NCBI GenBank assembly: GCA_964394145.1
Contig: CAYMVL010000033.1
Span: 711-64,710, forward strand
Length of the DNA stretch: 64,000 nucleotides
Source: an uncultured Dehalococcoidales bacterium
Lineage (GTDB): Bacteria; Chloroflexota; Dehalococcoidia; GIF9; AB-539-J10
Direction of reading: 5' to 3'
The notes under the pieces were generated by a model. The model was not told the origin of the DNA, ran no database searches, and worked only from the letters and a program-made list of their open reading frames with translations. Position 1 is the first letter of the stretch, and every line of letters begins with the position of its first letter. Below are positions 23,587 to 32,833 of the stretch, piece after piece. The position numbers and the translations under genes were made by a program.

Positions 23587-25302
23587 TTAACCGATTAGCC
23601 TAAATGCTGTTACATCGACCATTCCCAAATCAGTCAACCTTAGCTCTGGAATCACAGGCAGGGCCAGGAAAGAAAGAATGGAAAATGGCGCTGGAGGCAA
23701 GTTACCCAGGCCAGCTGCAATTCTTTCTAGTTCCTCAAACTGGGCGATAACGACCTCGGCAGGCTCCGGTGAGAGTAAGCCGGCGATGGGCAGTGGCAGA
23801 GAACTAAGAATATCGTGGTTGGCGCAGACGACGAGGCCGCCTTGCAATCTTTGTATTTCCTCGATTGCCCCAAGAATATCCCGGTCATTGGTGCCTACAG
23901 CTACTATGTTGTGCGAGTCATGCGCTATCGATGAAGCTAGTGCCCCTGCTCTTAGTCCAAACCCCTTAACCAGGCCCAAGCCAATATTACCTGTAGCTTT
24001 ATGCCTCTCTACCACTACGAGTTTTAGAATATCACTTTCCACATCGGGCATCACTATGCCATCCACAACTTTTACCTTTTCCATCTTCTTTTTGGTGACT
24101 ATCTGTCCCGGTATTATTTCAATGACCGGCCGAGTTTCATGGGAAACGCCAGCCCCCTGTTTGCTTCTTAGGAACAGCGATTCTACCGTTAGTGGCTTGA
24201 TATGCACCGTATCCGCTAGCTCTAGAGGAACATCAGGCAACGGGAATAGCGATTTGCCCTGTTTTGCCACCAGCTGCCCTCTATAGAATACTCTATCTAT
24301 TTCCAGCGTATTAAGATTCGACAGAGTTATAAGGTTAGCCAGGTAACCTGGAGCAATGGCCCCACGGTCGTAAAGCCTGAAATACTGGGCAGCATTAATC
24401 GTTGCCATCTGAATTGCCCTGACTGGTTCTAAACCCCTGCTCATGGCTTTTCTAACTACAGCATCGATATCGCCTTGGTGAAGCAAATCAGAGCAACTGG
24501 AGTCATCCACCACAAAGAGGCACCTGTTATAAGTATTGTCGGTAACCAGAGGTAGCAGGGTATCCAGGTTCTTCTCCGAAGAACCTTCGCGAATCATCAA
24601 GTACATGCCTCGCTCTAATTTATCTCTTCCCTCTTCCAGTGTGGTACACTCGTGGTCAGAAAGTATGCCGGCGGCCATATAGGCATTCAGGTCCTTGCCA
24701 CTGAGCCCCGGGCTATGCCCGTCGATAACCCTGTTTTTTGAGGCAGCAATCTTGTTCAAAACCTCCTCATTACCGTTAATCACGCCGGGAAAATTCATCA
24801 TTTCCCCCAAACCGATTACGTTTGGAACAGTCAGAAGCCTCTTTATCTCCTCACTATCGATTTTGGCTGCTGATGTTTCTAGATCGGTTGCTGGCACGCA
24901 AGACGGAAGCATAAATAATATGTCCAGCGGTAGGGTCTCCGCCCAACCCATGACGAACTCGATGCCTTCTACTCCACACACATTGGCGATTTCGTGCAAA
25001 TCAGTTACCAAGGTGGAAGTACCATGAGGGACTGCCAGCTGCGCATATCTGGCGGGATGAAGCATAGAGCTTTCTATATGTATATGGCCGTTAATCAGTC
25101 CCGGCGCCAGATGACTGCCCTTTAAATCAATAACTTCCTTGCCATTATCGTAATCTCCCACTCCGGCTATCCTGTCTCCATAAATGGCGACGTCACCGCT
25201 GTCCACAGTCCCGACAAACGTATTTATTATGCGAGCATTCTTTAGCACCAAGTCCGCCGGCGATTGTCCTCTGGCTACCGAGATAAGCTCTTTTAGACCC
25301 AT
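23587..25302 (-). CDS. ade: Adenine deaminase
   Basis: The 571-aa amidohydrolase has metal-binding HxH (INGHIHIESS). It also has the characteristic adenine deaminase C-terminal domain. Confidence 0.8.
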   Translation of the reverse strand: MGLKELISVARGQSPADLVLKNARIINTFVGTVDSGDVAIYGDRIAGVGDYDNGKEVIDLKGSHLAPGLINGHIHIESSMLHPARYAQLAVPHGTSTLVTDLHEIANVCGVEGIEFVMGWAETLPLDILFMLPSCVPATDLETSAAKIDSEEIKRLLTVPNVIGLGEMMNFPGVINGNEEVLNKIAASKNRVIDGHSPGLSGKDLNAYMAAGILSDHECTTLEEGRDKLERGMYLMIREGSSEKNLDTLLPLVTDNTYNRCLFVVDDSSCSDLLHQGDIDAVVRKAMSRGLEPVRAIQMATINAAQYFRLYDRGAIAPGYLANLITLSNLNTLEIDRVFYRGQLVAKQGKSLFPLPDVPLELADTVHIKPLTVESLFLRSKQGAGVSHETRPVIEIIPGQIVTKKKMEKVKVVDGIVMPDVESDILKLVVVERHKATGNIGLGLVKGFGLRAGALASSIAHDSHNIVAVGTNDRDILGAIEEIQRLQGGLVVCANHDILSSLPLPIAGLLSPEPAEVVIAQFEELERIAAGLGNLPPAPFSILSFLALPVIPELRLTDLGMVDVTAFRLIG

Positions 25303-25304
25303 GA

Positions 25305-25832
25305 CTAATCCTCCATAAGATAGATATCTGGCAAATAGCGGAATTTTTCATTCCAATCTATACCATAGCCAACGATGAACTTATCGGGCACGGTAAACCC
25401 GAGGTAATCAATAGATACAGGAATCCTGCGCCGGGATGGCTTGTCTGCCAAGGCGCAGAGTTTCAAGGAAGCTGGTTTCTTCTTATTAAGATAGTCAAGT
25501 AAGAAAGAGATTGTGATGCCAGTATCCACTATGTCTTCGATTACTACAACACTTCTACCTCTTACCGGTGTGTTGAGTCCTTGGACTACCCTGACCTTCC
25601 CTGAGCTTTCTTTGCCGGCCGCGTAACTGGAGAGCTTGACGAAGTCTACCTCCAGCGAGAAATCCAGCTGGCGGATGAGGTCAGCCATAAATATGCAAGA
25701 GCCCTTAAGAACTCCAATGAGCAAAGGTTGTCTCCCCAGATAGTCTCTTCTGATTTCAGAGGCTAGCCTTGTTACGGTTCTGGCTATCTCTTCATGGTCG
25801 ATAAAGAGCTTGGTTTGCGGCTGAGAGACCAT
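25305..25832 (-). CDS. hpt: Hypoxanthine(-guanine) phosphoribosyltransferase
   Basis: The product has the PRPP-binding motif VVVIEDIVDTGIT and the sequence LLIGVLKGSCIFMADL. Its stop codon lies 2 nt from the ade start, with GGAGG inside the hpt 3' end, which indicates a coupled hpt-ade operon. Confidence 0.85.
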   Translation of the reverse strand: MVSQPQTKLFIDHEEIARTVTRLASEIRRDYLGRQPLLIGVLKGSCIFMADLIRQLDFSLEVDFVKLSSYAAGKESSGKVRVVQGLNTPVRGRSVVVIEDIVDTGITISFLLDYLNKKKPASLKLCALADKPSRRRIPVSIDYLGFTVPDKFIVGYGIDWNEKFRYLPDIYLMED

Positions 25833-25931
25833 ATTAGTCAATACTATAGTAACACACATTCTCTCAATTATGAACACAGTGCTTGTTTGGGCGGCAGGCG
25901 ACCGCATGCAATAATGTAATATGCTCTAGAC

Positions 25932-26762
25932 TCACCTGGATAGACGGCGTCTGCGAAGCAGGGAGAGAAGCCACATTATCCCGATTACAACAAAGAACGG
26001 GTGTATGTTGATGCTACTATTGCCGCTTCGCTTGATGACGGTAATGGGGGCCTTATCAATCGGTTCTACTTCGACGAGAGCTTCGTCTAAGACCTCATAA
26101 ACTCCTATAGTCTCGCCTATGAACCGCTCTGGCATCCAACCTAAGGGGTTATTTTCTCCTGTAGCCTCAGCCCAAATCCAGCCAGGTTCGCCATTTACGG
26201 AAAAAATCTGGTTTGCACTGTCATATCCTGGTAGATACACTAGAGTAGCAGCATGGCTGGAGACCAGTACTATAGCTGAGCGAATGCCTGCTGCTTTATA
26301 TATAACAGCAAGTAAAACAGCATAATCCTCACAGTCGCCATAAGCTATGCTCTCAGCCTCGATAGTAGCTGCCAGCTCATCGGCGTTCTGAGCAAATTCC
26401 GGGAAGATGAACTGGTCTTCATCAGGGGTATATCTGACTTTCTCACGTACAAAGGTGAAAATGGCCTCTGCTCTTTGATGAATATCCGGGTAATCCTGAG
26501 CTAATTGCTCACCGATGCGGTAAGCCTTGTCGCTATTTTCACCTAAGCTCTCCCCCAGGATGATAGGATGGAAGTCCCCTGCAGGGGAGAGTTGAAAGAA
26601 ACCATCGTGGCCGGCAGCATTGGTGCGGCAGATATCCCAATCATCAAAGGCCTCTCCGCGCTCTTCATAGAAATTTGTTGAGGACGTCGCCAGGGCCAGA
26701 GCTGGTACTGCCGCCAGAAGTATGGCCATTGCAAGCAGAGTTGCTCTCAAATGTCTGGGCAT
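25932..26762 (-). CDS. Transglutaminase-like (cysteine protease fold) exported protein with C-terminal membrane anchor
   Basis: The product has a signal peptide (MPRHLRATLLAMAILLAAVPALALA). It carries a transglutaminase core (GDCEDYAVLL) with a catalytic Cys. The C-terminus (FFVVIGIMWLLSLLRRRR) is hydrophobic followed by basic residues. Confidence 0.6.
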   Translation of the reverse strand: MPRHLRATLLAMAILLAAVPALALATSSTNFYEERGEAFDDWDICRTNAAGHDGFFQLSPAGDFHPIILGESLGENSDKAYRIGEQLAQDYPDIHQRAEAIFTFVREKVRYTPDEDQFIFPEFAQNADELAATIEAESIAYGDCEDYAVLLAVIYKAAGIRSAIVLVSSHAATLVYLPGYDSANQIFSVNGEPGWIWAEATGENNPLGWMPERFIGETIGVYEVLDEALVEVEPIDKAPITVIKRSGNSSINIHPFFVVIGIMWLLSLLRRRRLSR

Positions 26763-26768
26763 AGAAAT

Positions 26769-27263
26769 TCACAACAGATACATTGTCAGCGCACTGTGCA
26801 GTATTAGACCAAAGAAAATCAGATAACCGAAAACGTATATTCCCACAGCGACTGGGCTCTGCTCCACGCTAACGAAAGGAATTCTGGGCGTCAACTTATC
26901 CATGATGTGCATTAAGGCTATTCCTAGCAAGAGGCTTACCAGAAAACTTATGGCAACTAATCCTAGCCTCCTGGGATCAATCAGAGTCGCCAATAGGCTA
27001 CCCCCGGCTACCACCGGGCCGGTTATAACCCCGTGGATAACTAGGCCAACCAAAATAAAGAAACCAGCTATGAATAGGCCTACAGAAGTCGGGCTTTCTC
27101 CTATCTTTTGCCGCTCTTCGATATGCGAAGTAAGGGCGTCCAGAACTCTGATCCCTAGCCATGCCAGTAAAGCACAGATGAATGTCCAGATTATGACCCT
27201 AGCTATCCAAAGTAGCACGACAACATAAAAAGCAGTGTGTGGCCCTATTTCGTTCACAGGCAT
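26769..27263 (-). CDS. Hypothetical polytopic membrane protein
   Basis: The 164-aa product has about four predicted TM helices and no recognisable catalytic motif. It lies 6 nt downstream of the transglutaminase-like gene start. Confidence 0.45.
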   Translation of the reverse strand: MPVNEIGPHTAFYVVVLLWIARVIIWTFICALLAWLGIRVLDALTSHIEERQKIGESPTSVGLFIAGFFILVGLVIHGVITGPVVAGGSLLATLIDPRRLGLVAISFLVSLLLGIALMHIMDKLTPRIPFVSVEQSPVAVGIYVFGYLIFFGLILHSALTMYLL

Positions 27264-27350
27264 ATCTCCTCCGCAGAATAAATTGCATATTAATCATGAT
27301 GTGGAATAAGCCTACCGTAAGCTCATACCTATTTGCAAGCCCCTTAGAGC

Positions 27351-27980
27351 ATGGTGTGGGGGGAACAAGCATTACTGCTGTCACAATCCTGTTGTCACTT
27401 TGACATCCCCCCTCGGACTGTCTATCGCTGGAAGGAGTGCAATAACCCCCGGCACCCAGAGAGTCTGGAGGGCCGCTCTCACAGCTCCAGGCACTTAAGA
27501 CAGCCTGCTTTTCTAGCAAAGTTGATTAACAGGGCAAGTACAACGGCCTTATGCAGTAAGGAAGCCCGGAGAATATGAGGCTAAAGAACTGGGGGGTATT
27601 GTGGCAGTGGACACAGGGGACGGAAGGCTTTACCAGATATAATATTCAAGCACTTTGCTGCCAGGGATATCATTTCCATACGGGATGTTCTGGAAGTCCG
27701 CATCAGGGTAAGCTCTCGCAGTGCCTCCGGGTTCACCGATACCCTGTTATAGCGAGTGCCATTTCCCGTTGAAAGAGCGTAAAGAACATACACCGAGGAG
27801 TTCTGTGAGGTAACGGATGCCAGCTTCGATCTGCCAGAGCTAAATCGAGCTCTGTTGGACTGGGAAGTGGTGTATGAAGCTGTTCGTCCTAGCCGGGCAC
27901 CGAACTATATTAGCCCATTGGAACATCTGGAACAATATTGGCGAAATAAAAGAAAGGACAAAGTCTCACCAATCATTTGA
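27351..27980 (+). pseudogene. Degraded DDE (rve-type) transposase relic, IS481/IS3-like; frameshifted and internally truncated
   Basis: A frame at 27351-27578 encodes an HTH-like segment PPRTVYRWKE followed by SLEGRSHSSRHLRQPA (compare IS481 LxDRSRRPHxSPxxT). A separate frame at 27783-27980 encodes ELNRALLDWEVVYEAVRPSRAPNYISPLEHLEQYW, which matches the integrase-core C-terminal consensus YN..RPHS.LGY.SP.EF. No single intact ORF spans the region. Confidence 0.4.
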
Positions 27981-28143
27981 ACCAGTACACACTGTTGACG
28001 CGTGTTGTTCGTGAATGTATAATGACAGGTAGGTCGCAGAGCGATGTACTGGCCAGACAACTGACTATTACGCGGAACGAGACTACTGTACCCGACGGGT
28101 GAATCGAGGAGATCTTCCGAATATGATTTGTGCATAGCAGTCA

Positions 28144-29541
28144 ATGGACAAGCTGAACACGCTGCGCCGTTTAGGAGATCTAGCCCGCGCTATCCTTAAT
28201 TATGGGATCTTAACCAGTCACGAGCATTGGTCACGGGATAGACTTGAGGACTTGCAGGGCCGCCTGCTAACCAATCTTATTGATTGGGTGACCACGCGGT
28301 CCCCGTTTTACCGAGAGCTGTGCAGCACTCTCCATCTCAGTGCACCCTATACTCTTCAAGACTTGCCAATCATGGACAAGAGAACCCACATGGCGCACTT
28401 TGACGAGATGGTCACGGACCCTCGGTTGAAACTCTCCGAACTGCAGGAGTACATGGCCGACGTTTCGGGGGATGATTACTATCTGGGTAAGTATCGCGTG
28501 CTTACCACGGCGGGTAGCTCCGGGGAAAGGGCAGTGTTCGTGTACAGCCGGAAAGAATGGAGTATGCAACAGGCGGCAAGTATGCGCATCGCAGCTATGA
28601 TGGGAGTACTTCCCTTCTCAGTACCACGCCTAAAGATTGTCACCATTGGGTCTTCCAGCCCCCTGCACGATAGTCACCGCCTTCCGCTGAGTATGCTTAT
28701 TGGGCCATACCGTTATGATATGCTACCTGCCACTGCTCCCGTTGAAGAGCTAGTGCAGCAATTAAATGCCATTCAGCCTGATCTGCTTCGGGGTTTTCCG
28801 TCCATCCTGGGTTTGCTTGTCATTGAACAACTTCAAGGCCATTTGCATATCAGTCCCCGCATTATCGCCGGTGGTGGGGAACCATTGACTGAAGAATTGA
28901 GGCAGAAACTCCAGACAGTATGGCAAAGTAAGGTCTTTGATATCTACGGGACACAGGAGGGACTCCGCTCTGTCGAGTGTAGCTTTAGTCAGGGTATGCA
29001 TCTCTTTGAAGACCTCGGCATTGTCGAGGTGGTGAATGAGAATAATCGCTCTGTGCCAGAAGGGATCATGGGACATAAGATTCTCTTTACGAATCTGTTC
29101 AGCTTCACCCTACCTATCATCCGCTACGGAATATCTGATATGGTTATGCTGGACCCAGAGCCATGTCCCTGTAAGCGCCCACTACGACGAGTTCGTGCCA
29201 TCGACGGAAGGAATGACGATGTTATTTACCTAAAGGGTCGAGCAGGAGAGCAGATTGCGGTTCATCCCGTGCATTTCTGGGACGCTTTGGAAAGCTTCGA
29301 GGGAATACGGCAGTATCAGGTCGTACATGAAGCAGATGGCATCCGCCTGCGCTTGGTGCTCGAGCAAGCTAATGAAGACCTACCTTTCGGCGTCAGGGAA
29401 CAAATAGCTAAGAAGTTGGATGCCCTGGGCGTTTATTCCCCGTCTATCAGCGTCGAGATGGTGAGCTCTTTGGAATTCCGTTCTCAGTATATGGGGAAAT
29501 GGAAGAATATCGTATCTAATTTAGACAGGCTAAATAGGTAG
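28144..29541 (+). CDS. Adenylate-forming enzyme of the PaaK / coenzyme F390 synthetase-like family (COG1541-like)
   Basis: The 465-aa N-terminal region ...RLEDLQGRLLTNLIDWVTTRSPFYRELC... and a degenerate P-loop VLTTAGSSGERAVFVYSRKEW parallel PaaK (..SPFYRE.. and SSGTTGKPTV..YT..D..W). The substrate is unknown. Confidence 0.5.
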   Translation: MDKLNTLRRLGDLARAILNYGILTSHEHWSRDRLEDLQGRLLTNLIDWVTTRSPFYRELCSTLHLSAPYTLQDLPIMDKRTHMAHFDEMVTDPRLKLSELQEYMADVSGDDYYLGKYRVLTTAGSSGERAVFVYSRKEWSMQQAASMRIAAMMGVLPFSVPRLKIVTIGSSSPLHDSHRLPLSMLIGPYRYDMLPATAPVEELVQQLNAIQPDLLRGFPSILGLLVIEQLQGHLHISPRIIAGGGEPLTEELRQKLQTVWQSKVFDIYGTQEGLRSVECSFSQGMHLFEDLGIVEVVNENNRSVPEGIMGHKILFTNLFSFTLPIIRYGISDMVMLDPEPCPCKRPLRRVRAIDGRNDDVIYLKGRAGEQIAVHPVHFWDALESFEGIRQYQVVHEADGIRLRLVLEQANEDLPFGVREQIAKKLDALGVYSPSISVEMVSSLEFRSQYMGKWKNIVSNLDRLNR

Positions 29542-29639
29542 CCAGTTATCAGTGGCGACCAGTTTGCTGAGCGTAGTAACAATTTGTACCTACCGATGCT
29601 GCGTGATCCGTTTGCAGAAAAGAGTCTCGAAGGAGATAC

Positions 29640-30218
29640 ATGGAATCTCTCTTTCTAAGTGCCATTGCACGAGTTGCGCTGGCCACCACCGACAAGGTTC
29701 ACTTAATATTCCTGAGAGTTAAGCCACTGGGCAGAGGCAGCATTATCAGCATTGAGCTGAGGCGTCACAAGGGCTGTTCCGTTAAGCTATTGGATGGCTG
29801 TGAGGTGAGGCCAGGTGACAATGTGATCAAACTGCATTTCAACAATGCCTGGATTGCACAGAAGTTGCAGTTAAACTCGGGAACACGGACAATAGGCTTC
29901 CCACGGGGAATCGTCCACTACGTCAAGGACGGTTTGCAGGTGCTTGCTTCGGAGGTAGCCGATGGTAAGTACGGTAACATAAGCGCGGTGTACGGCTGGA
30001 CTGTGTTTCATGCCCCTGCCAGTGAGTTGGGATTCCAGGTCATCGAATTGCCGAGGAATTTAAGGACAAGGATGGCCCAATTTTATATCACCGGGTTGAT
30101 GCACGTAAATCATGTCGTCTGGCTGAAGCGGCACAGAGCTGCTCGTAAATCTCTGATTGTTAAGGCAGTCTGGCTCTCCCGGGCGGGACTGTTGAGAATG
30201 TACCACTTTCACTCATGA
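29640..30218 (+). CDS. Hypothetical protein (no recognisable domain)
   Basis: The 192-aa ORF is co-directional with the PaaK-like gene and 98 nt downstream of it. Its composition is basic. No motif could be assigned by eye. Confidence 0.35.
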   Translation: MESLFLSAIARVALATTDKVHLIFLRVKPLGRGSIISIELRRHKGCSVKLLDGCEVRPGDNVIKLHFNNAWIAQKLQLNSGTRTIGFPRGIVHYVKDGLQVLASEVADGKYGNISAVYGWTVFHAPASELGFQVIELPRNLRTRMAQFYITGLMHVNHVVWLKRHRAARKSLIVKAVWLSRAGLLRMYHFHS

Positions 30219-30415
30219 TTCTGTCTACAGGTGCTCCCAACTCATCACAATACAGTGCGAGTGTTCCGTCACACTAAATTGTGTTCATCCAGTTGTTTTT
30301 GAGAGTTGGACATATTTCTTCAGTTGCTCCAACTTCGCCTCTCTATAGTGTGAGTGTCATGCCTTGCGTACAGTTTAGCAAAGAAGAATGAGCATACGAA
30401 TCCAGCTCGGGTTGC

Positions 30416-30979
30416 TTATCTTTCCTCGATAGTTATTCGTATTATGGTATCGCCCTGTTCAATTTTCTGCAGGACATCCATGCCCTGTATCAATTGGCCA
30501 AAAACTGAGTGTTTCCCGTCAAGCTGAGGTTGGGCATCATAGGTAATGAAGAATTGACAGCCATTGGTATCGGCACCAGAGTTAGCCATTGATAGGGCGC
30601 CGGTAACATGGATGTGCTCGGTGAATTCGTCAGCAAAGCGATAGCCGGGAGTACCTTTTCCTGTCCCTGTAGGGTCTCCCCCCTGAGCCATGAAGCCAGC
30701 TATTACACGATGGAACGTGGTGCCGTCGTAGAAGCCCTCTCGGGCAAGGAATACGAAGTTATTGACAGTCATGGGAACATCACTGGCGAATAACTGCAGC
30801 ATGAGATTTCCCTTTTCTGTCTCAATAGTGGCTATGTATTGTTTGCTGGTATCAATTGTCATTGGCGGTGGTGCTGAATAAATCCTGGGGTTCGCTTCGT
30901 CATCGGCACACGACTGCGAAAGAGCTCCCGCAAGAACCACGATGCTTAAACATATTCCCAACAAACGATGGGTGATCAT
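30416..30979 (-). CDS. Peptidyl-prolyl cis-trans isomerase, cyclophilin type, with signal peptide
   Basis: The product contains FHRVIAGFMAQGGDP and GTGKGTPGYRFADEF, which are cyclophilin signatures. It has an N-terminal hydrophobic signal (MITHRLLGICLSIVVLAGALSQSCA). Confidence 0.85.
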   Translation of the reverse strand: MITHRLLGICLSIVVLAGALSQSCADDEANPRIYSAPPPMTIDTSKQYIATIETEKGNLMLQLFASDVPMTVNNFVFLAREGFYDGTTFHRVIAGFMAQGGDPTGTGKGTPGYRFADEFTEHIHVTGALSMANSGADTNGCQFFITYDAQPQLDGKHSVFGQLIQGMDVLQKIEQGDTIIRITIEER

Positions 30980-31822
30980 AAGTCCCCTCCTCCTTTTCTA
31001 TTAAACATCTCTCGCCTGGCGACACTAGACTAGACTTCGTTTCTCATTGTCCCTTGATCCAACTAGCCAGGGGAGAAAAAGTACATGGAACCTCATGTTT
31101 GGATATGTATTATAACACCTAACCAGACCAAAGGAGTGAGTAGCCTTGCTCCGGCAGTCTATGCATGTCAGTAAGGTACAGGAACTAATTTAGCTCTACC
31201 ATGGCATGAGGAGTTGGGCGATCTTTACTCGGTCTTGTCCATGAGGTTGGGGTGAAAGGTGGCCGAGTTCCTGCTCATTCACGGGCTAAGCATTGTAGTG
31301 GCTAATGAAAGTCTTTTGCTAAATCGCGCAGATGAGCCACATTCGCTGAGCTATTAGATCTGGATTAAATTCAGCGTTAATATCTACATTAAGGAAGCGA
31401 GCTTGATGAGTAATTGGGTTGCAGTGGCTAGGAGAAAAGAAACTGCCGGGGGAATTATGAAAGAGGTATTGGTTCAGCGACGTAGAGGCCTTCTAAACGG
31501 AGTCGAAGATAAGTACCATGTCGCAAGCAATCACTGCATTTATATTGTGGGTGAGTTGCCGGAGGGCTAGTCGGTAGTACTGTAGTCATCTGTCATCTGC
31601 ACTGCCAGCCCTATGGTCTCATTGATGGACGGGCAGTTCGCTGGTTAGAGGGTACTGTCTCTATCTCTGCTGTGAGCAAGACAATCATGCGAGCTGAATC
31701 GTTTGCCGTAGATGATTTGAAGGTCGAAGCTGGCGGAACCATATTCTTCGCAGACTAGTTCACGCTCCTTCTGGCTTGTTACATATGGTCGTTATGTGCT
31801 AAGCTCTGGTGCAACACGGAAG

Positions 31823-32824
31823 ATGAAGCGCGTTTTCTCAGGGTTTCGTCCCACAGGCAAACAGCATCTCGGTAATTATTTGGGAACTATTCAGAATTGT
31901 GTCGCCCTTCAGGATGAGTATGACTGTATATATTGTGTAGTGGATATACATGCTCTTACCACGCTTCAAAGTACAGAAACGCTTCAGAATGACGTCTGTG
32001 ATATGGTTCTGGATTGGCTGGCGGCTGGCATTGATCCTCAGAAGAGCATCATCTTCGTCCAGTCTCATGTTCCCGAGGTAGCGGAGCTTCATACTCTGTT
32101 CAGCATGCTGACTCCATTAAGTTGGTTATTGCGTGTTCCCACGTTTAAGGAAAAAGTTAAGATGCAGCCAGACAATGTCAATTATGGATTGGTAGGTTAC
32201 CCCGTGCTTATGACCGCCGACATCGCTCTTTATAAAGGAGAAATTGTTCCTGTAGGTGAAGATCAACTTCCCCACCTTGAGCTGGCTCGTGAAATAGTGC
32301 GGCGCTTTAACACCCTTTACGGATTTGTATTTCCTGAGCCGCAGGCGAAACTCACTTCTTTTCCTTTGGTTGTAGGCCTGGATGGGGTGCAGAAGATGAG
32401 CAAGAGCTACAACAATCATATCGAAATAGCGGCCAGTCCCGAGGAAATCATGCAGCGGGTGATGGCTGGGTTTACGGACCCAGCCCGGCGGTACCGATCC
32501 GACCCGGGACATCCTGAGGCCTGTAATATTTTTGCTCTGCACAAGTTTTTCACCCCTGCTCGGGCGGAGGAGATTGCTTCAGAATGTCGGCGTGCTGCCA
32601 TTGGCTGTGTGGATTGTAAGAGACTTTTGGCTCTAAGCATCAGCTCGGCGCTTGAACCTTTTCGGGAGAAACGCGCCTTTTTCCAAGCTAAACCTAATTA
32701 TGTCACTGAGGTTCTTGCTGAAGGTGCCGACCGAGCCCGAGAGGTAGCTGAGGAGACGATCAGAGAAGTCAAGGAGAAAATGAAGCTTCCTCGACGTGCT
32801 AGTTTAGGGGATATGTGTCCGTGA
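31823..32824 (+). CDS. trpS: Tryptophan--tRNA ligase
   Basis: The product begins MKRVFSGFRPTGKQHLGNYLG (a HIGH-like motif) and contains KMSKS. It is a class I aaRS of about 333 aa. Confidence 0.9.
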   Translation: MKRVFSGFRPTGKQHLGNYLGTIQNCVALQDEYDCIYCVVDIHALTTLQSTETLQNDVCDMVLDWLAAGIDPQKSIIFVQSHVPEVAELHTLFSMLTPLSWLLRVPTFKEKVKMQPDNVNYGLVGYPVLMTADIALYKGEIVPVGEDQLPHLELAREIVRRFNTLYGFVFPEPQAKLTSFPLVVGLDGVQKMSKSYNNHIEIAASPEEIMQRVMAGFTDPARRYRSDPGHPEACNIFALHKFFTPARAEEIASECRRAAIGCVDCKRLLALSISSALEPFREKRAFFQAKPNYVTEVLAEGADRAREVAEETIREVKEKMKLPRRASLGDMCP

Positions 32825-32833
32825 CTTACTGCG

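Noticed and set aside
23678-24286. A 202-aa plus-strand ORF inside the adenine deaminase gene.
   Set aside because: It is the opposite-strand shadow of ade and is rich in S, T and P. The ade frame carries the amidohydrolase HxH motif.
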